From positions 87,512 through 151,511 of the forward strand of contig CAYRXY010000002.1 of the NCBI GenBank assembly GCA_964428495.1: a stretch of DNA of 64,000 nucleotides. Reading direction: 5' to 3'. Under the pieces are notes generated by a model that was not told the DNA's origin, searched no databases, and was given only the letters and a program-made list of their open reading frames with translations. Of the stretch, positions 44,675 through 53,359 are shown piece by piece; the stretch's first letter is position 1; each line of letters opens with the position of its first letter. The DNA comes from an uncultured archaeon. Lineage in GTDB: Archaea; Aenigmatarchaeota; Aenigmatarchaeia; GW2011-AR5; JAHLMP01. The position numbers were made by a program, and so were the translations under genes.

Positions 44675-45520
44675 ATGCTGAAAAGATCTGAAAAACCTAA
44701 AGTCGTGGACGAACTTGCAACCTTAATAGAAAAATACCCTGTAGTAGGTGTTATTGATATTTACATGCTTCCTGCTAAACAAATGCAAAAAATCAAACAA
44801 GATTTAAGAGATCGGATAAAGGTCAGGGTTGCCAAAAAAAGTATGATTAAAAGAGCATTAGAAAAGGTTAAAGAGAAGAAGAAAGGTGTAGAAAAATTGT
44901 TGGATAAGATTGAGGGACAGCCGGCCCTAATTTTAACGGACATGAATCCGTTCAAGCTGTTCAAAATTTTAGAAAAAAATAAGGCACCAAGAGCTGCAAA
45001 ACCTGGTGACAAAGCAACCAAGGATATTATAATAAAGGCTGGACCAACAGATATACAAGCTGGTCCTGCCATAAGTGCATTTCAAAAGGTTGGTCTAAAA
45101 ACAAAGGTAGAAGATGCGAAGATTTCAATAATTGATGAAAAAGTCGTATGTAAAGAAGATGAGGTAATAACACCAGAAGTGGCGAGTGTTTTGAACATGT
45201 TAAGAATAGAACCACTGGAAGTTGGATTTAATTTGATTTCTGTATGGGAAGAAGGTATTGTATACGATAAGACTGTTCTAGCAGTAGATGAGAAAGAATA
45301 TGAACTAAAGCTTATCGAGGCAGTAAACCAGATGAGAAACTTCTCATTAAATGTAGGTTACATAGTTAAAGAGACGGCTGAGCCAGCAATTATCAAGGCA
45401 TGGCAAGAAATGAAATCACTAGGTATTGAGGCAGGTATCTACGAGAAGGACGTTATTAAGGATTTACTTTCAAAGGCAAGTGCTGAAGCAAAAGCACTAG
45501 AAGGAGTGACGAATAAGTGA
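44675..45520 (+). CDS. rpl10: 50S ribosomal protein L10 / acidic stalk protein P0 (uL10)
   Basis: Follows rpl1 with a 2-nt gap. KYPVVGVIDIYMLPAKQMQKIKQDLRD...GQPALILTDMNPFKL. No P1/L12 gene follows. Confidence 0.85.
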   Translation: MLKRSEKPKVVDELATLIEKYPVVGVIDIYMLPAKQMQKIKQDLRDRIKVRVAKKSMIKRALEKVKEKKKGVEKLLDKIEGQPALILTDMNPFKLFKILEKNKAPRAAKPGDKATKDIIIKAGPTDIQAGPAISAFQKVGLKTKVEDAKISIIDEKVVCKEDEVITPEVASVLNMLRIEPLEVGFNLISVWEEGIVYDKTVLAVDEKEYELKLIEAVNQMRNFSLNVGYIVKETAEPAIIKAWQEMKSLGIEAGIYEKDVIKDLLSKASAEAKALEGVTNK

Positions 45521-45560
45521 TTATATTAATTTTATTTTAATCAATAACTATTCTCTTCTT

Positions 45561-46526
45561 ATGGTTGGAAAAGTTTCCTATGAGAAGTTAAACAAAATTG
45601 TATTCAAAAGATTAGGGAAAAAGGACAGAGATATAATAGTTGGACCAAAGGTTGGAGAAGATTCAGCATCTATAAAAATAGGTAAAAAATTTCTTGTTGT
45701 CAGTTCTGATCCAATTATATTTGCTGAGGATAGGATTGGGGCATTGGGAATACATATCGCAGCAAATGATGTTGCAGCATCTGGAGCAGTTCCAAGATGG
45801 ATGAGCGTTGTTTTATTTTTACCAGACAATCCAAAGGTTCTTGATAAAATAACAAAACAGCTTCATAGAGAAGCTAAGAGATTGGGAATATCTATAATTG
45901 GCGGACATTCAGAATATGCACCCGAGATCAGAAGACCTTTCATCTCTCTGACCTGCTTTGGAATTACAAACAGGTTTATTCCAACATCGGGTGCAAAACC
46001 TGGTGATAAAATTATTCTGACAAAGGGCGCCGCAATAGAAGCTACAGGAATCATAGCTACGGATTTCGAAAAGGAATTAATAGGTAGAGTTCCGAGATAT
46101 CTGATAAAAAGGGCCAAGAAAAGATTAAATCAAATAAGTGTAGTAAAGGAAGCTTTAGTTATTTCTAAATATGCGAATGCTATGCATGACCCAACAGAAG
46201 GTGGCATAATAGATGGACTGTTGGAAGTTGCTATTGCCTCCAGAAAAAAGTTGATTATTGATAAAAGTAAAATCAAGATTCATGAAGATACAAAAGCTGT
46301 TTCTGAAGCAGTTAATGTAAATCCTCTTAAAATTTTCAGTTCTGGAGCGTTGATCGCCACGATTCCAAGAGACAAAGCAAACAAAGCGTTGAAAATTTTA
46401 AAGAAGAATAATATAGATGCATGGATAATAGGTGAGGTCAAGAATTCTAAAAAAGCTATGGTCATCTTAGGTAACGAGAAGATCGAAAAACCCGTGAGAG
46501 ACGAATTATACGATTTATGGGTGTAG
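45561..46526 (+). CDS. AIR synthase-related (PurM/HypE/ThiL superfamily) protein
   Basis: GPKVGEDSASIKI, IHIAANDVAASGAVPRW, IIGGHSEY and GAKPGDKIILTKG. Confidence 0.65.
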   Translation: MVGKVSYEKLNKIVFKRLGKKDRDIIVGPKVGEDSASIKIGKKFLVVSSDPIIFAEDRIGALGIHIAANDVAASGAVPRWMSVVLFLPDNPKVLDKITKQLHREAKRLGISIIGGHSEYAPEIRRPFISLTCFGITNRFIPTSGAKPGDKIILTKGAAIEATGIIATDFEKELIGRVPRYLIKRAKKRLNQISVVKEALVISKYANAMHDPTEGGIIDGLLEVAIASRKKLIIDKSKIKIHEDTKAVSEAVNVNPLKIFSSGALIATIPRDKANKALKILKKNNIDAWIIGEVKNSKKAMVILGNEKIEKPVRDELYDLWV

Positions 46527-46564
46527 TCAGTTGTTATAAATCTTAGAGCTCTAATCATTTTATT

Positions 46565-48076
46565 ATGCAGTATGTCCAGAACAGATGGATAAAGGAAAAT
46601 ACAATTGAGTACAGAGAGTATCAAGATAAGATCTCAGAGGCCGCGAGTAAACAGAACACGCTAGTCGTTTTACCGACGGCTATGGGCAAGACCATCATAG
46701 CGTTGCTTATTGTAACAAAAGTTCTCGACCGAGACATGAACAAAAAAATCATGTTTCTTGCACCAACCAGACCATTAGTCGAGCAGCATAAGAAAACGTT
46801 TGAGAAATTTCTTAAACTTGGTCTCAATCTTGCTGTTATTACGGGAAAAATCAAACCGAAGGATCGCGGTAAGTTGTACCAATTCACTGACATAGTTTTT
46901 GCAACGCCCCAGACTGTGAAGAATGATATCAAAAAGCATGTATTTAGTTTCAAGGACTTTTCACTTCTCATCATCGACGAAGCTCAACACTGTGTTGGTG
47001 ATTATGCATACACTTACATAGCAAGAAGGTTCAAGCAGGAAGCAGAGGGTATCATCGTTGGTCTCACTGCATCACCTGGTAGAAGCGAGAAGATACGCGA
47101 GATTAAACGACACCTGGGAATAGAACATGTTGAAATTCGAAGCGAGAAAGATAAAGATGTAAAACCATACATCCAAGATGTAGATTTCGTCTGGGTGGGC
47201 GTTCGTTTGCCAAAGGAAATAGAAGATGTAAAGGATAAATTAGAGAAGATGAGAGATGAGAGAATTGAGGAGTTGAATAAGTGGGGAATGATAAACAAAA
47301 CAAAGATGACGAAGAGTGAAATATTTCGCCTTCAGTCGGATGTCTCGCGGAAGGTTCATGAAAATGGATTTTACTATTCTGTACTATCAAAGATCAGTGA
47401 AATCTTAAAGTTAGAACATGCATTGGAGCTATTAGAAACACAGAGTTTTGACGCGCTCAGAGATTATTTGTTGGAGATAAAAACGAAGGGAAAGACGAAA
47501 GCGGACAAGCGTTTAGCATCTGACGAACGAATAGAAGAGATCATAAAGACACTAGAAAATCCGATAGAACATCCAAAGATTCTTGCATTAAAAAAGATTG
47601 TTGAAAAGGAGTTGAAAGATCCAAACAGAAGAATCATTATATTTGCCCAATATCGCTCTACCGTGAGGAAGATTAAAGAAGAATTGGAAAAGGTTAGCGG
47701 TTGTCATCCTACAATTCTGGTCGGACAGGCAGGCAGAGACGGTCTAAAGCAGAAGGAGCAAGTTGAAATAATAAGAAGATATGAAGATGGGGAATTTAAC
47801 ACGCTAATCACAACATCCATAGGTGAAGAAGGAATTCATCTCGGCTCTGCTACCACGGCGATATTCTATGAAGCTGTCCCAAGCGAGGTTCGAGCAATTC
47901 AGCGCCGTGGTCGAGTAGGAAGAGAACAGCCAGGTAAGGTTTATGTTTTGATAACACGGAATACTCGAGATGAGGCATACTACTGGGCAGCGCTTAACAA
48001 GGAAAAGAAAATGAAGAAGATACTTTACAGAATGAAGGATCAATTGGATTTGGAGAAGTTTGCTAGAAATAAATAA
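46565..48076 (+). CDS. hef: Hef/FANCM-type SF2 helicase (helicase domains only, no ERCC4 nuclease domain)
   Basis: EYREYQDKI...LVVLPTAMGKTIIA (motif I), APTRPLVEQH, IIDEAQH (DEAH), TASPG and TSIGEEGIH...RRGRVGR. Confidence 0.75.
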   Translation: MQYVQNRWIKENTIEYREYQDKISEAASKQNTLVVLPTAMGKTIIALLIVTKVLDRDMNKKIMFLAPTRPLVEQHKKTFEKFLKLGLNLAVITGKIKPKDRGKLYQFTDIVFATPQTVKNDIKKHVFSFKDFSLLIIDEAQHCVGDYAYTYIARRFKQEAEGIIVGLTASPGRSEKIREIKRHLGIEHVEIRSEKDKDVKPYIQDVDFVWVGVRLPKEIEDVKDKLEKMRDERIEELNKWGMINKTKMTKSEIFRLQSDVSRKVHENGFYYSVLSKISEILKLEHALELLETQSFDALRDYLLEIKTKGKTKADKRLASDERIEEIIKTLENPIEHPKILALKKIVEKELKDPNRRIIIFAQYRSTVRKIKEELEKVSGCHPTILVGQAGRDGLKQKEQVEIIRRYEDGEFNTLITTSIGEEGIHLGSATTAIFYEAVPSEVRAIQRRGRVGREQPGKVYVLITRNTRDEAYYWAALNKEKKMKKILYRMKDQLDLEKFARNK

Positions 48077-48079
48077 TCA

Positions 48080-48499
48080 TTACTCTGATGACACAATTTT
48101 CCCACCAGCTGCTTCGATCTTCTCCTTTGCCTTTGCACTGAAGTTGCTTATTTTGACTACAAACGGCTTGGTAATTTCGCCTTTACCTAGAAGCTTAGTG
48201 TAGCCCATAGCATCTAGATCAATTTCTTTACCGGTTGTAATTTTTTCTAAATCTCCAACGTTAATGATTTTGATTCTCCTTCTCATCTTCACCTTCTTCA
48301 AAGAAGTGAAACCGTGCTTACCAAAGTGATCTGGCTCGTATTTAACAATGTACGTCCACTTGTGCTTATGAGCACCGGAGTATCCTTTTCCTCCTTTTGA
48401 TCCTTTACCTCGATGCTTCTTCTTGCTTCCATAACCATGTGTCTTACTACCACGCATCTTTACGTCTTTCTTTCTTTTTCGTACGACCATAACACCCAC
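48080..48499 (-). CDS. rpl15: 50S ribosomal protein L15 (uL15)
   Basis: MRGSKTHGYGSKKKHRGKGSKGGKGYSGAHKHKW...PDHFGKHGF. Confidence 0.9.
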   Translation of the reverse strand: MGVMVVRKRKKDVKMRGSKTHGYGSKKKHRGKGSKGGKGYSGAHKHKWTYIVKYEPDHFGKHGFTSLKKVKMRRRIKIINVGDLEKITTGKEIDLDAMGYTKLLGKGEITKPFVVKISNFSAKAKEKIEAAGGKIVSSE

Positions 48500-48543
48500 C
48501 AGGTTAATGTTTTATTTCTATGTTCAAGCTTTAAATTGTTTTC

Positions 48544-49830
48544 TTAAGGTAAAAGTCTTTCTGGATCTCTCGGCAATAAGGCTGCTTCACGGACGTTCTC
48601 GAGACCAAGAATCTTCATCGTTAATCTTTCTATACCGATTGCCAAACCACCATGAGGAGGCATTCCATATTTGAAAAAGTTAAGATGATAAAACTGCTTT
48701 GGATCAAGTCCTTTTTCTTTAATATTTTTTACTCGCTCTTCGTACCTATGCTCACGGAGTCCACCGGTCGTAATTTCTATCCCACGATAAAGTAGATCAA
48801 ACGACCATGCCTTACTTGGATCTTCCGCCTTTCTAAGAACGTAGAATGGTTTAGCAGAAAATGGAAACTCTGTCACAAAGACGAACTCACTGTTCCATTT
48901 TTCTTTGGCATACTCACATATTATTTTTTCTCCTTGTGGCGACAGATCGTCTCCTGTTTCTACACCTTTCTTTTCAAGGATTTTGTTTATTTCCTCTAAC
49001 GTAAGTCTCGGTATCTTTTTAGGTACCTCGATTTTTGCGTTAAAGAAAGAGAGAATATCAGGAACTCTTTTCTTCAATTCTTTAAAGAGGTGTCGAATCA
49101 TTTCTTCCTCGAAACTTATTATTCCCTCCATGTTATCCGTTACCATTTCTAGATCAAAAGACGCATACTCGCAAAGATGCCTTGGTGTATGATGTGGCTC
49201 TGCTCGATAAACAAATCCTAAATCGTAGATACGATCATAACCAGATGCAAGAACCGATTCCTTGTAGAGTTGTGGCGATTGAACAAGGTAAGCATTTTTG
49301 TCAAAGTATTTGACCAAAAAGTAGTCGGCACCGCCCTCGGTAGGAACGTTTGTCAATCTTGACGTGAAAACGCGAACAAATCCATTCTTCCACATAAATT
49401 CTTCTAAAATATGGACAATTTCACTCTGAAAGAGAAATATCTTAAATTGTCTTTCCTGCCGCAAGTCGATAAACCGCCAATCAAGCCGTTTCTTTAGAGT
49501 CGATTCAATCTTACCTGACAAATCTAATGGAAGTGGGACATCGGCCTTACTGATAATTTCTATATCAGTTGGAAAAATTTCGAATCCATTGCGCGCCTCT
49601 TTATTTAGCTTCACTTCGCCACTAACAGAAATGAATGATTCTAATGTGACTTCTTTCAGCTTTTTGATTATTTCAGGGTCTTTCGTTGTAACCTGCACCC
49701 GTCCGTAACGGTCTCGAAGAACAAGAAACGCAATTTTTCCCAATACTCGAATCCGTTCAACCCATCCAGCAAGTTTCACTGTTGTTCCTTCTTCTTTTGG
49801 CACTTGGTTCGAGTAGTGAATCCTAATCAT
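48544..49830 (-). CDS. aspS: aspartate--tRNA ligase (archaeal type)
   Basis: OB-fold N-terminus (AGWVERIRVLGKIAFLVLRD). Class II motifs FVYRAEPHHTPRHLCEY and GGLAIGIERL. Confidence 0.85.
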   Translation of the reverse strand: MIRIHYSNQVPKEEGTTVKLAGWVERIRVLGKIAFLVLRDRYGRVQVTTKDPEIIKKLKEVTLESFISVSGEVKLNKEARNGFEIFPTDIEIISKADVPLPLDLSGKIESTLKKRLDWRFIDLRQERQFKIFLFQSEIVHILEEFMWKNGFVRVFTSRLTNVPTEGGADYFLVKYFDKNAYLVQSPQLYKESVLASGYDRIYDLGFVYRAEPHHTPRHLCEYASFDLEMVTDNMEGIISFEEEMIRHLFKELKKRVPDILSFFNAKIEVPKKIPRLTLEEINKILEKKGVETGDDLSPQGEKIICEYAKEKWNSEFVFVTEFPFSAKPFYVLRKAEDPSKAWSFDLLYRGIEITTGGLREHRYEERVKNIKEKGLDPKQFYHLNFFKYGMPPHGGLAIGIERLTMKILGLENVREAALLPRDPERLLP

Positions 49831-49876
49831 AAGATTTAATTTGTAGAGAAGAATTTAAAAAATGAAAGATTTATTT

Positions 49877-50371
49877 CTATCCAACTATCATTAGTTTTGT
49901 TGATCGAACATTATATTTATCTTCCAAATCAGCTGGAGTTAGATCATTTTCTATAATTCCAAGAAATAAGGAAGAAAACGCTTCGGGATCGACTATCTTT
50001 CTTTCTTCTCCATTTATTTTAACATATGGCACATCCTCGAAGAACTCCTTAACCAGTTTATAGTTATTCACTGGGACCTTATCTGGTCCTATAATCTCTT
50101 GAACTTTGTCCCTTAAAATACCAAACTTATAGACTCGTATCTCATACCATTCTCTATCCTTTTCACATCCACAACTAACTTCCACCTTCCTACCAGGTAT
50201 TCTGTATGAGAATGTCATCCCGCCTTTACCTTCAAATATTACGTCCTTATCCACTTTGATATTAATACCGGCACACCTAGCCTTTTCAATTAGGTCCTTT
50301 AGCTCTTTTAACTGTTTTTCACCTTCATGAGAAATAGGTTCAGAATATCTCTTTAGAACGTCAACATTCAT
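49877..50371 (-). CDS. hypothetical protein (between kae1 and aspS)
   Basis: 164-aa ORF on the same strand as its neighbours. No family recognised. Confidence 0.4.
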   Translation of the reverse strand: MNVDVLKRYSEPISHEGEKQLKELKDLIEKARCAGINIKVDKDVIFEGKGGMTFSYRIPGRKVEVSCGCEKDREWYEIRVYKFGILRDKVQEIIGPDKVPVNNYKLVKEFFEDVPYVKINGEERKIVDPEAFSSLFLGIIENDLTPADLEDKYNVRSTKLMIVG

Positions 50372-50440
50372 AACTAGTCCGTGTCTGCCAACATTTATAT
50401 ATAAAGAAAATGAGAAACTAGAAGAAAGAGAAAGAAGTAA

Positions 50441-51424
50441 TCACTTCCATATAATCTCTACTTCATCTGTTCTTTGATATGGATTTATGTCTATGCTTTC
50501 TAGATTAGGGAAACTCTTCAGCTTTTTTGCAATCAACAGTCCCAACCAAGCAATCATAGCTCCATTGTCTCCAGCAAAATCTTTTGGTACTGTATAGAAT
50601 CTTCCACCTCGATCTTCAACCATAGTTTTTAACATCTTTCTTAATCGCTTATTTGCAGCAACACCACCAGTGAGAAGAACTTCATTCTTGTTAGTATGAG
50701 CTAATGCACGTTCTGTAACCTCGGTAATCATTGCAAACATAGTTTCCTGTAATGAGTAGCATATATCCTCTATTGGAACTCTCTGCTTAAACTTTCTTAT
50801 CGCATCTGTTACTATACCAGAAAAGCTCAGGTCCATTCCCTTGACTACATAAGGGAGTTCAACATACTTACCCTTTTTAGCAAGTTCTTCAATCTTCGGA
50901 CCGCCTGGCATTTCAAGACCACACTCCCGAGCAAAGGTATCTAATGCATTACCAAGCGCTTTATCCAGCGTTTCGCCAAACACACGATAGCGACCAGAAA
51001 CAAAACCAATAATCTGTGTGTTACCACCAGATGTGTAAACTGTTATTGGATCCCTTGCACCAGTCTTTAGAAGACCTATTTCAATGTGAGATATACAATG
51101 ATTTACACCGATTAAAGGTTTTTTGTTTTTCTTTGCAATACTCTTTGAAAATTTCATAGTCTCAACCAGGCAAGGTGGTAGGCCCGGACCCTGACTAAAT
51201 GATATAACATCGACATCGGAGATAGAAATTTTAGCTTTTTTTAATGCTAAATCTAGAATTTTTTCACTAACAGAACGATGATGCTCTGCTGCTTCAGATG
51301 GATTTATTCCCCAGCCCTTCTTTGGTTTATACATATCTCTAACATTTGCTAATACATTACCATTTTCATCAACTATTCCTATTCCGAACGTATGGGCAGT
51401 ACCTTCAATTCCAAGTACGATCAT
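50441..51424 (-). CDS. kae1: tRNA N6-adenosine threonylcarbamoyltransferase Kae1 (no Bud32 fusion)
   Basis: VLGIEGTAHTFGIGIV, GVNHCISHIE (His pair), TSGGNTQ and TGGVAANKRL. Confidence 0.9.
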   Translation of the reverse strand: MIVLGIEGTAHTFGIGIVDENGNVLANVRDMYKPKKGWGINPSEAAEHHRSVSEKILDLALKKAKISISDVDVISFSQGPGLPPCLVETMKFSKSIAKKNKKPLIGVNHCISHIEIGLLKTGARDPITVYTSGGNTQIIGFVSGRYRVFGETLDKALGNALDTFARECGLEMPGGPKIEELAKKGKYVELPYVVKGMDLSFSGIVTDAIRKFKQRVPIEDICYSLQETMFAMITEVTERALAHTNKNEVLLTGGVAANKRLRKMLKTMVEDRGGRFYTVPKDFAGDNGAMIAWLGLLIAKKLKSFPNLESIDINPYQRTDEVEIIWK

Positions 51425-51497
51425 GATTAAAATTCTTTCTTGAAATTTAAGAAAATTTTCAAAAACTATTTATGGAAGTTTGAATAAATAATTATAT

Positions 51498-51644
51498 ATG
51501 ATAGACTACATTTCTCATATTTCAAAACGAATCCAAAATGCCATGGAAGATATCCTTGGAGATCGGGAGGTCTATCCAATTGAAAACGCCAACGAAAAGG
51601 AGTTTCCAATAGTTCCAGAAAGTTACAAGAGGGAAGAGTTGTAG
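51498..51644 (+). CDS. possible 48-aa acidic micro-protein
   Basis: Own translation: MIDYISHISKRIQNAMEDILGDREVYPIENANEKEFPIVPESYKREEL. The segment looks less AT-rich than typical spacers. No homology recognised. Confidence 0.25.
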   Translation: MIDYISHISKRIQNAMEDILGDREVYPIENANEKEFPIVPESYKREEL

Positions 51645-51649
51645 AAATT

Positions 51650-51895
51650 TCAATTTTCTTTTCTTATTTGACTCCATCCACATCTTCCACAATACGTTCT
51701 ATTCTTGTATTCTGCTAAGAACGTTCCATCTCCACATCGTGGACATGTTTTTCTTAATCTTACTACCTTTCCGTTCTCTATCTTATACAGCTTCCAAATT
51801 TGAACATTTCTATGCTTAGATTTGGATCTCGCCTTTCTTCTCTCCTTTTGAGATCTTTTTTCTTTCTTTTCAGCTCTACCTTTCTTTGCCATCAT
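51650..51895 (-). CDS. rps27ae: 30S ribosomal protein S27ae (eS31)
   Basis: CPRCGDGTFLAEYKNRTYCGRCGW zinc ribbon with a basic N-terminus. ATGA overlap with rps24e. Confidence 0.85.
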   Translation of the reverse strand: MMAKKGRAEKKEKRSQKERRKARSKSKHRNVQIWKLYKIENGKVVRLRKTCPRCGDGTFLAEYKNRTYCGRCGWSQIRKEN

Positions 51896-52248
51896 TCACC
51901 ACCTTCTTTAGATTCACCCGTAGACGAGGTATTCGTTTCAGAGCTATTTGATTCTGCTTGTTCTTCATTACTTGCTTCGCCTTCTGATTTCTTTTCAGCT
52001 TCCTTTGACAAGTCTTTAACCTTAGGCTCATTCCATACAAATATTTTTGCCTCAGATTTTGCAATTCCTCTCTTAGAAAATACATTTCTCACATCAACAT
52101 GCTCTGGAGATACTTTCTTCATTGTAAATATCTCCTTTTGAATGGACGCCTTTGTAGGAGTTGATCCTCCCTCATGGTCTATTTCTACAATAAGCTCTAC
52201 TCTTTTCATAAACGGGTTCTCTTTTTCGGTTTTTATTTCAATCTTCAT
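51892..52248 (-). CDS. rps24e: 30S ribosomal protein S24e (eS24) with an acidic Ser/Glu-rich C-terminal tail
   Basis: MKIEIKTEKENPFMKRVELIVEIDHEGGSTPTKASIQKEI... followed by the tail KEAEKKSEGEASNEEQAESNSSETNTSSTGESKEGGE. Confidence 0.85.
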   Translation of the reverse strand: MKIEIKTEKENPFMKRVELIVEIDHEGGSTPTKASIQKEIFTMKKVSPEHVDVRNVFSKRGIAKSEAKIFVWNEPKVKDLSKEAEKKSEGEASNEEQAESNSSETNTSSTGESKEGGE

Positions 52249-52259
52249 TTTATATCACC

Positions 52260-52442
52260 TTAAACCTTAACGGCATATTTACCAGGTTCTGTTATTTCAA
52301 GCTTTTTAGCAATTTCACTTTCTGTATCAAATATGACTATCATACCTTGCCAATTTCTCGTTCCATCTATTCCACATTTGGGACATTTCTTTCCTTCAAA
52401 CAATCTCTTACATTTTCTACAAGCCAATAACATAAACATCAC
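52260..52442 (-). CDS. spt4: transcription elongation factor Spt4 (RpoE'')
   Basis: CRKC...CPKCG zinc ribbon followed by NWQGMIVIFD. It sits in the conserved spt4-rps24e-rps27ae order. Confidence 0.85.
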   Translation of the reverse strand: MMFMLLACRKCKRLFEGKKCPKCGIDGTRNWQGMIVIFDTESEIAKKLEITEPGKYAVKV

Positions 52443-52487
52443 GCAATTAATAACTTATGTAAGTTTTTATTTTAAAGTTTAAAAATT

Positions 52488-52979
52488 TCACTTTCTAGCA
52501 AGAAAGAGGTATAAAAACGAGGCATTGAAGGAAAAAAATGAAATTAATAATGCTCCTGCTATTGGTGCTAGAGATGTAAGAATTATAACTAACGCTTTTA
52601 GAACACTATATTCTGAACCGACAACTTTCCTATTAATCACTCTCGTAAATTCAATATGATAACCTGCGTAATATACTGCGTACTAAGATCCAAAAAGATT
52701 GCAGGAATGTAAAAGGATATCTGTCCTGTTTTTAGAAGTGCTAATAAAACATAGGAAATTATGTAAGAAAAGGTTCCAACGGCCATCATTTTCTTTACAC
52801 CAACATAATGAGTGAGAGAAAGCATAATGATTGAAAATACTGGAATGATCACATAGTACAAAAATAAAAATATCCCAATCTGTGAAATCGAATAACCAAG
52901 AACAAAAATATATACCGGAATAAAGATTTTGATAAGAGATCTGCAAAACTTCTCAGAGAAACTGAAATATAGAATTCAT
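52488..52979 (-). pseudogene. truncated, frame-disrupted polytopic transporter remnant (MFS-like C-terminal half)
   Basis: Own minus-strand translation is hydrophobic in three frames: MNSIFQFL*; ...IKIFIPVYIFVLGYSISQIGIFLFLYYVIIPVFSIIML...SFYIPAIFLDLSTQYITQVIILNLRE*; then INRKVVGSEYSVLKALVIILTSLAPIAGALLISFFSFNASFLYLFLARK*. Confidence 0.45.
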
Positions 52980-53080
52980 CTAACTCCTTATTATGAAAAT
53001 AATGTAATAAAATACCAGATATTTTGCCATAACTAATTTTTGAATAAAAGCCGAATAAAAGCTTAATTTAACTTTTAAAA

Positions 53081-53092
53081 TCTAAAATATAA
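53081..53092 (+). promoter_or_regulatory. putative TATA box for the tRNA pair
   Basis: TAAAATATAAAC lies about 20-30 nt upstream of the tRNA-Val 5' end. Confidence 0.35.
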
Positions 53093-53110
53093 ACAATTAT
53101 GTTATTAAAA

Positions 53111-53198
53111 GGGTCGGTGGTCTAGTGGCTTCAGTTTTGCCATAAATGACGCCGCCCTTACAAGGCGGAGGTCGGCGGTTCAAATCCGCCCCGACCCA
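53111..53198 (+). tRNA. tRNA-Val (anticodon UAC) with about 14 extra nucleotides in the D-loop (candidate non-canonical intron)
   Basis: Hand-folded. Acceptor GGGTCGG/CCGACCC. Anticodon stem CCGCC/GGCGG with loop CTTACAA. T-arm GGCGG-TTCAAAT-CCGCC. Discriminator A. No encoded CCA. The D region is 23 nt between GTCT and TGAC and includes a TGGC/GCCA hairpin (53126-53142). Confidence 0.8.
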
Positions 53199-53199
53199 T

Positions 53200-53328
53200 G
53201 CTCCCGTAGTCTAGTCCGGTCAAGGATTCCGGCCTTTCGAGGCAGAACCACCAGCGGGTTCCTGCGCCTCCTGCAGCCAGGAGGACTGAAGAAAGCCGGA
53301 GACCCGGGTTCAAATCCCGGCGGGAGCA
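53200..53328 (+). tRNA. tRNA-Glu (anticodon UUC) with a roughly 54-nt canonical-position (37/38) intron
   Basis: Acceptor GCTCCCG/CGGGAGC. D-loop AGTCCGGTCAA. Anticodon stem CCGGC/GCCGG with loop CTTTCG|A. GC-rich intron at about 53240-53293 with a CCTCCTG/CAGGAGG hairpin. T-arm CCGGG-TTCAAAT-CCCGG. No CCA. Confidence 0.85.
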
Positions 53329-53359
53329 TTTTAAAGTTTTCTCATCTCAATTTTTCTTT

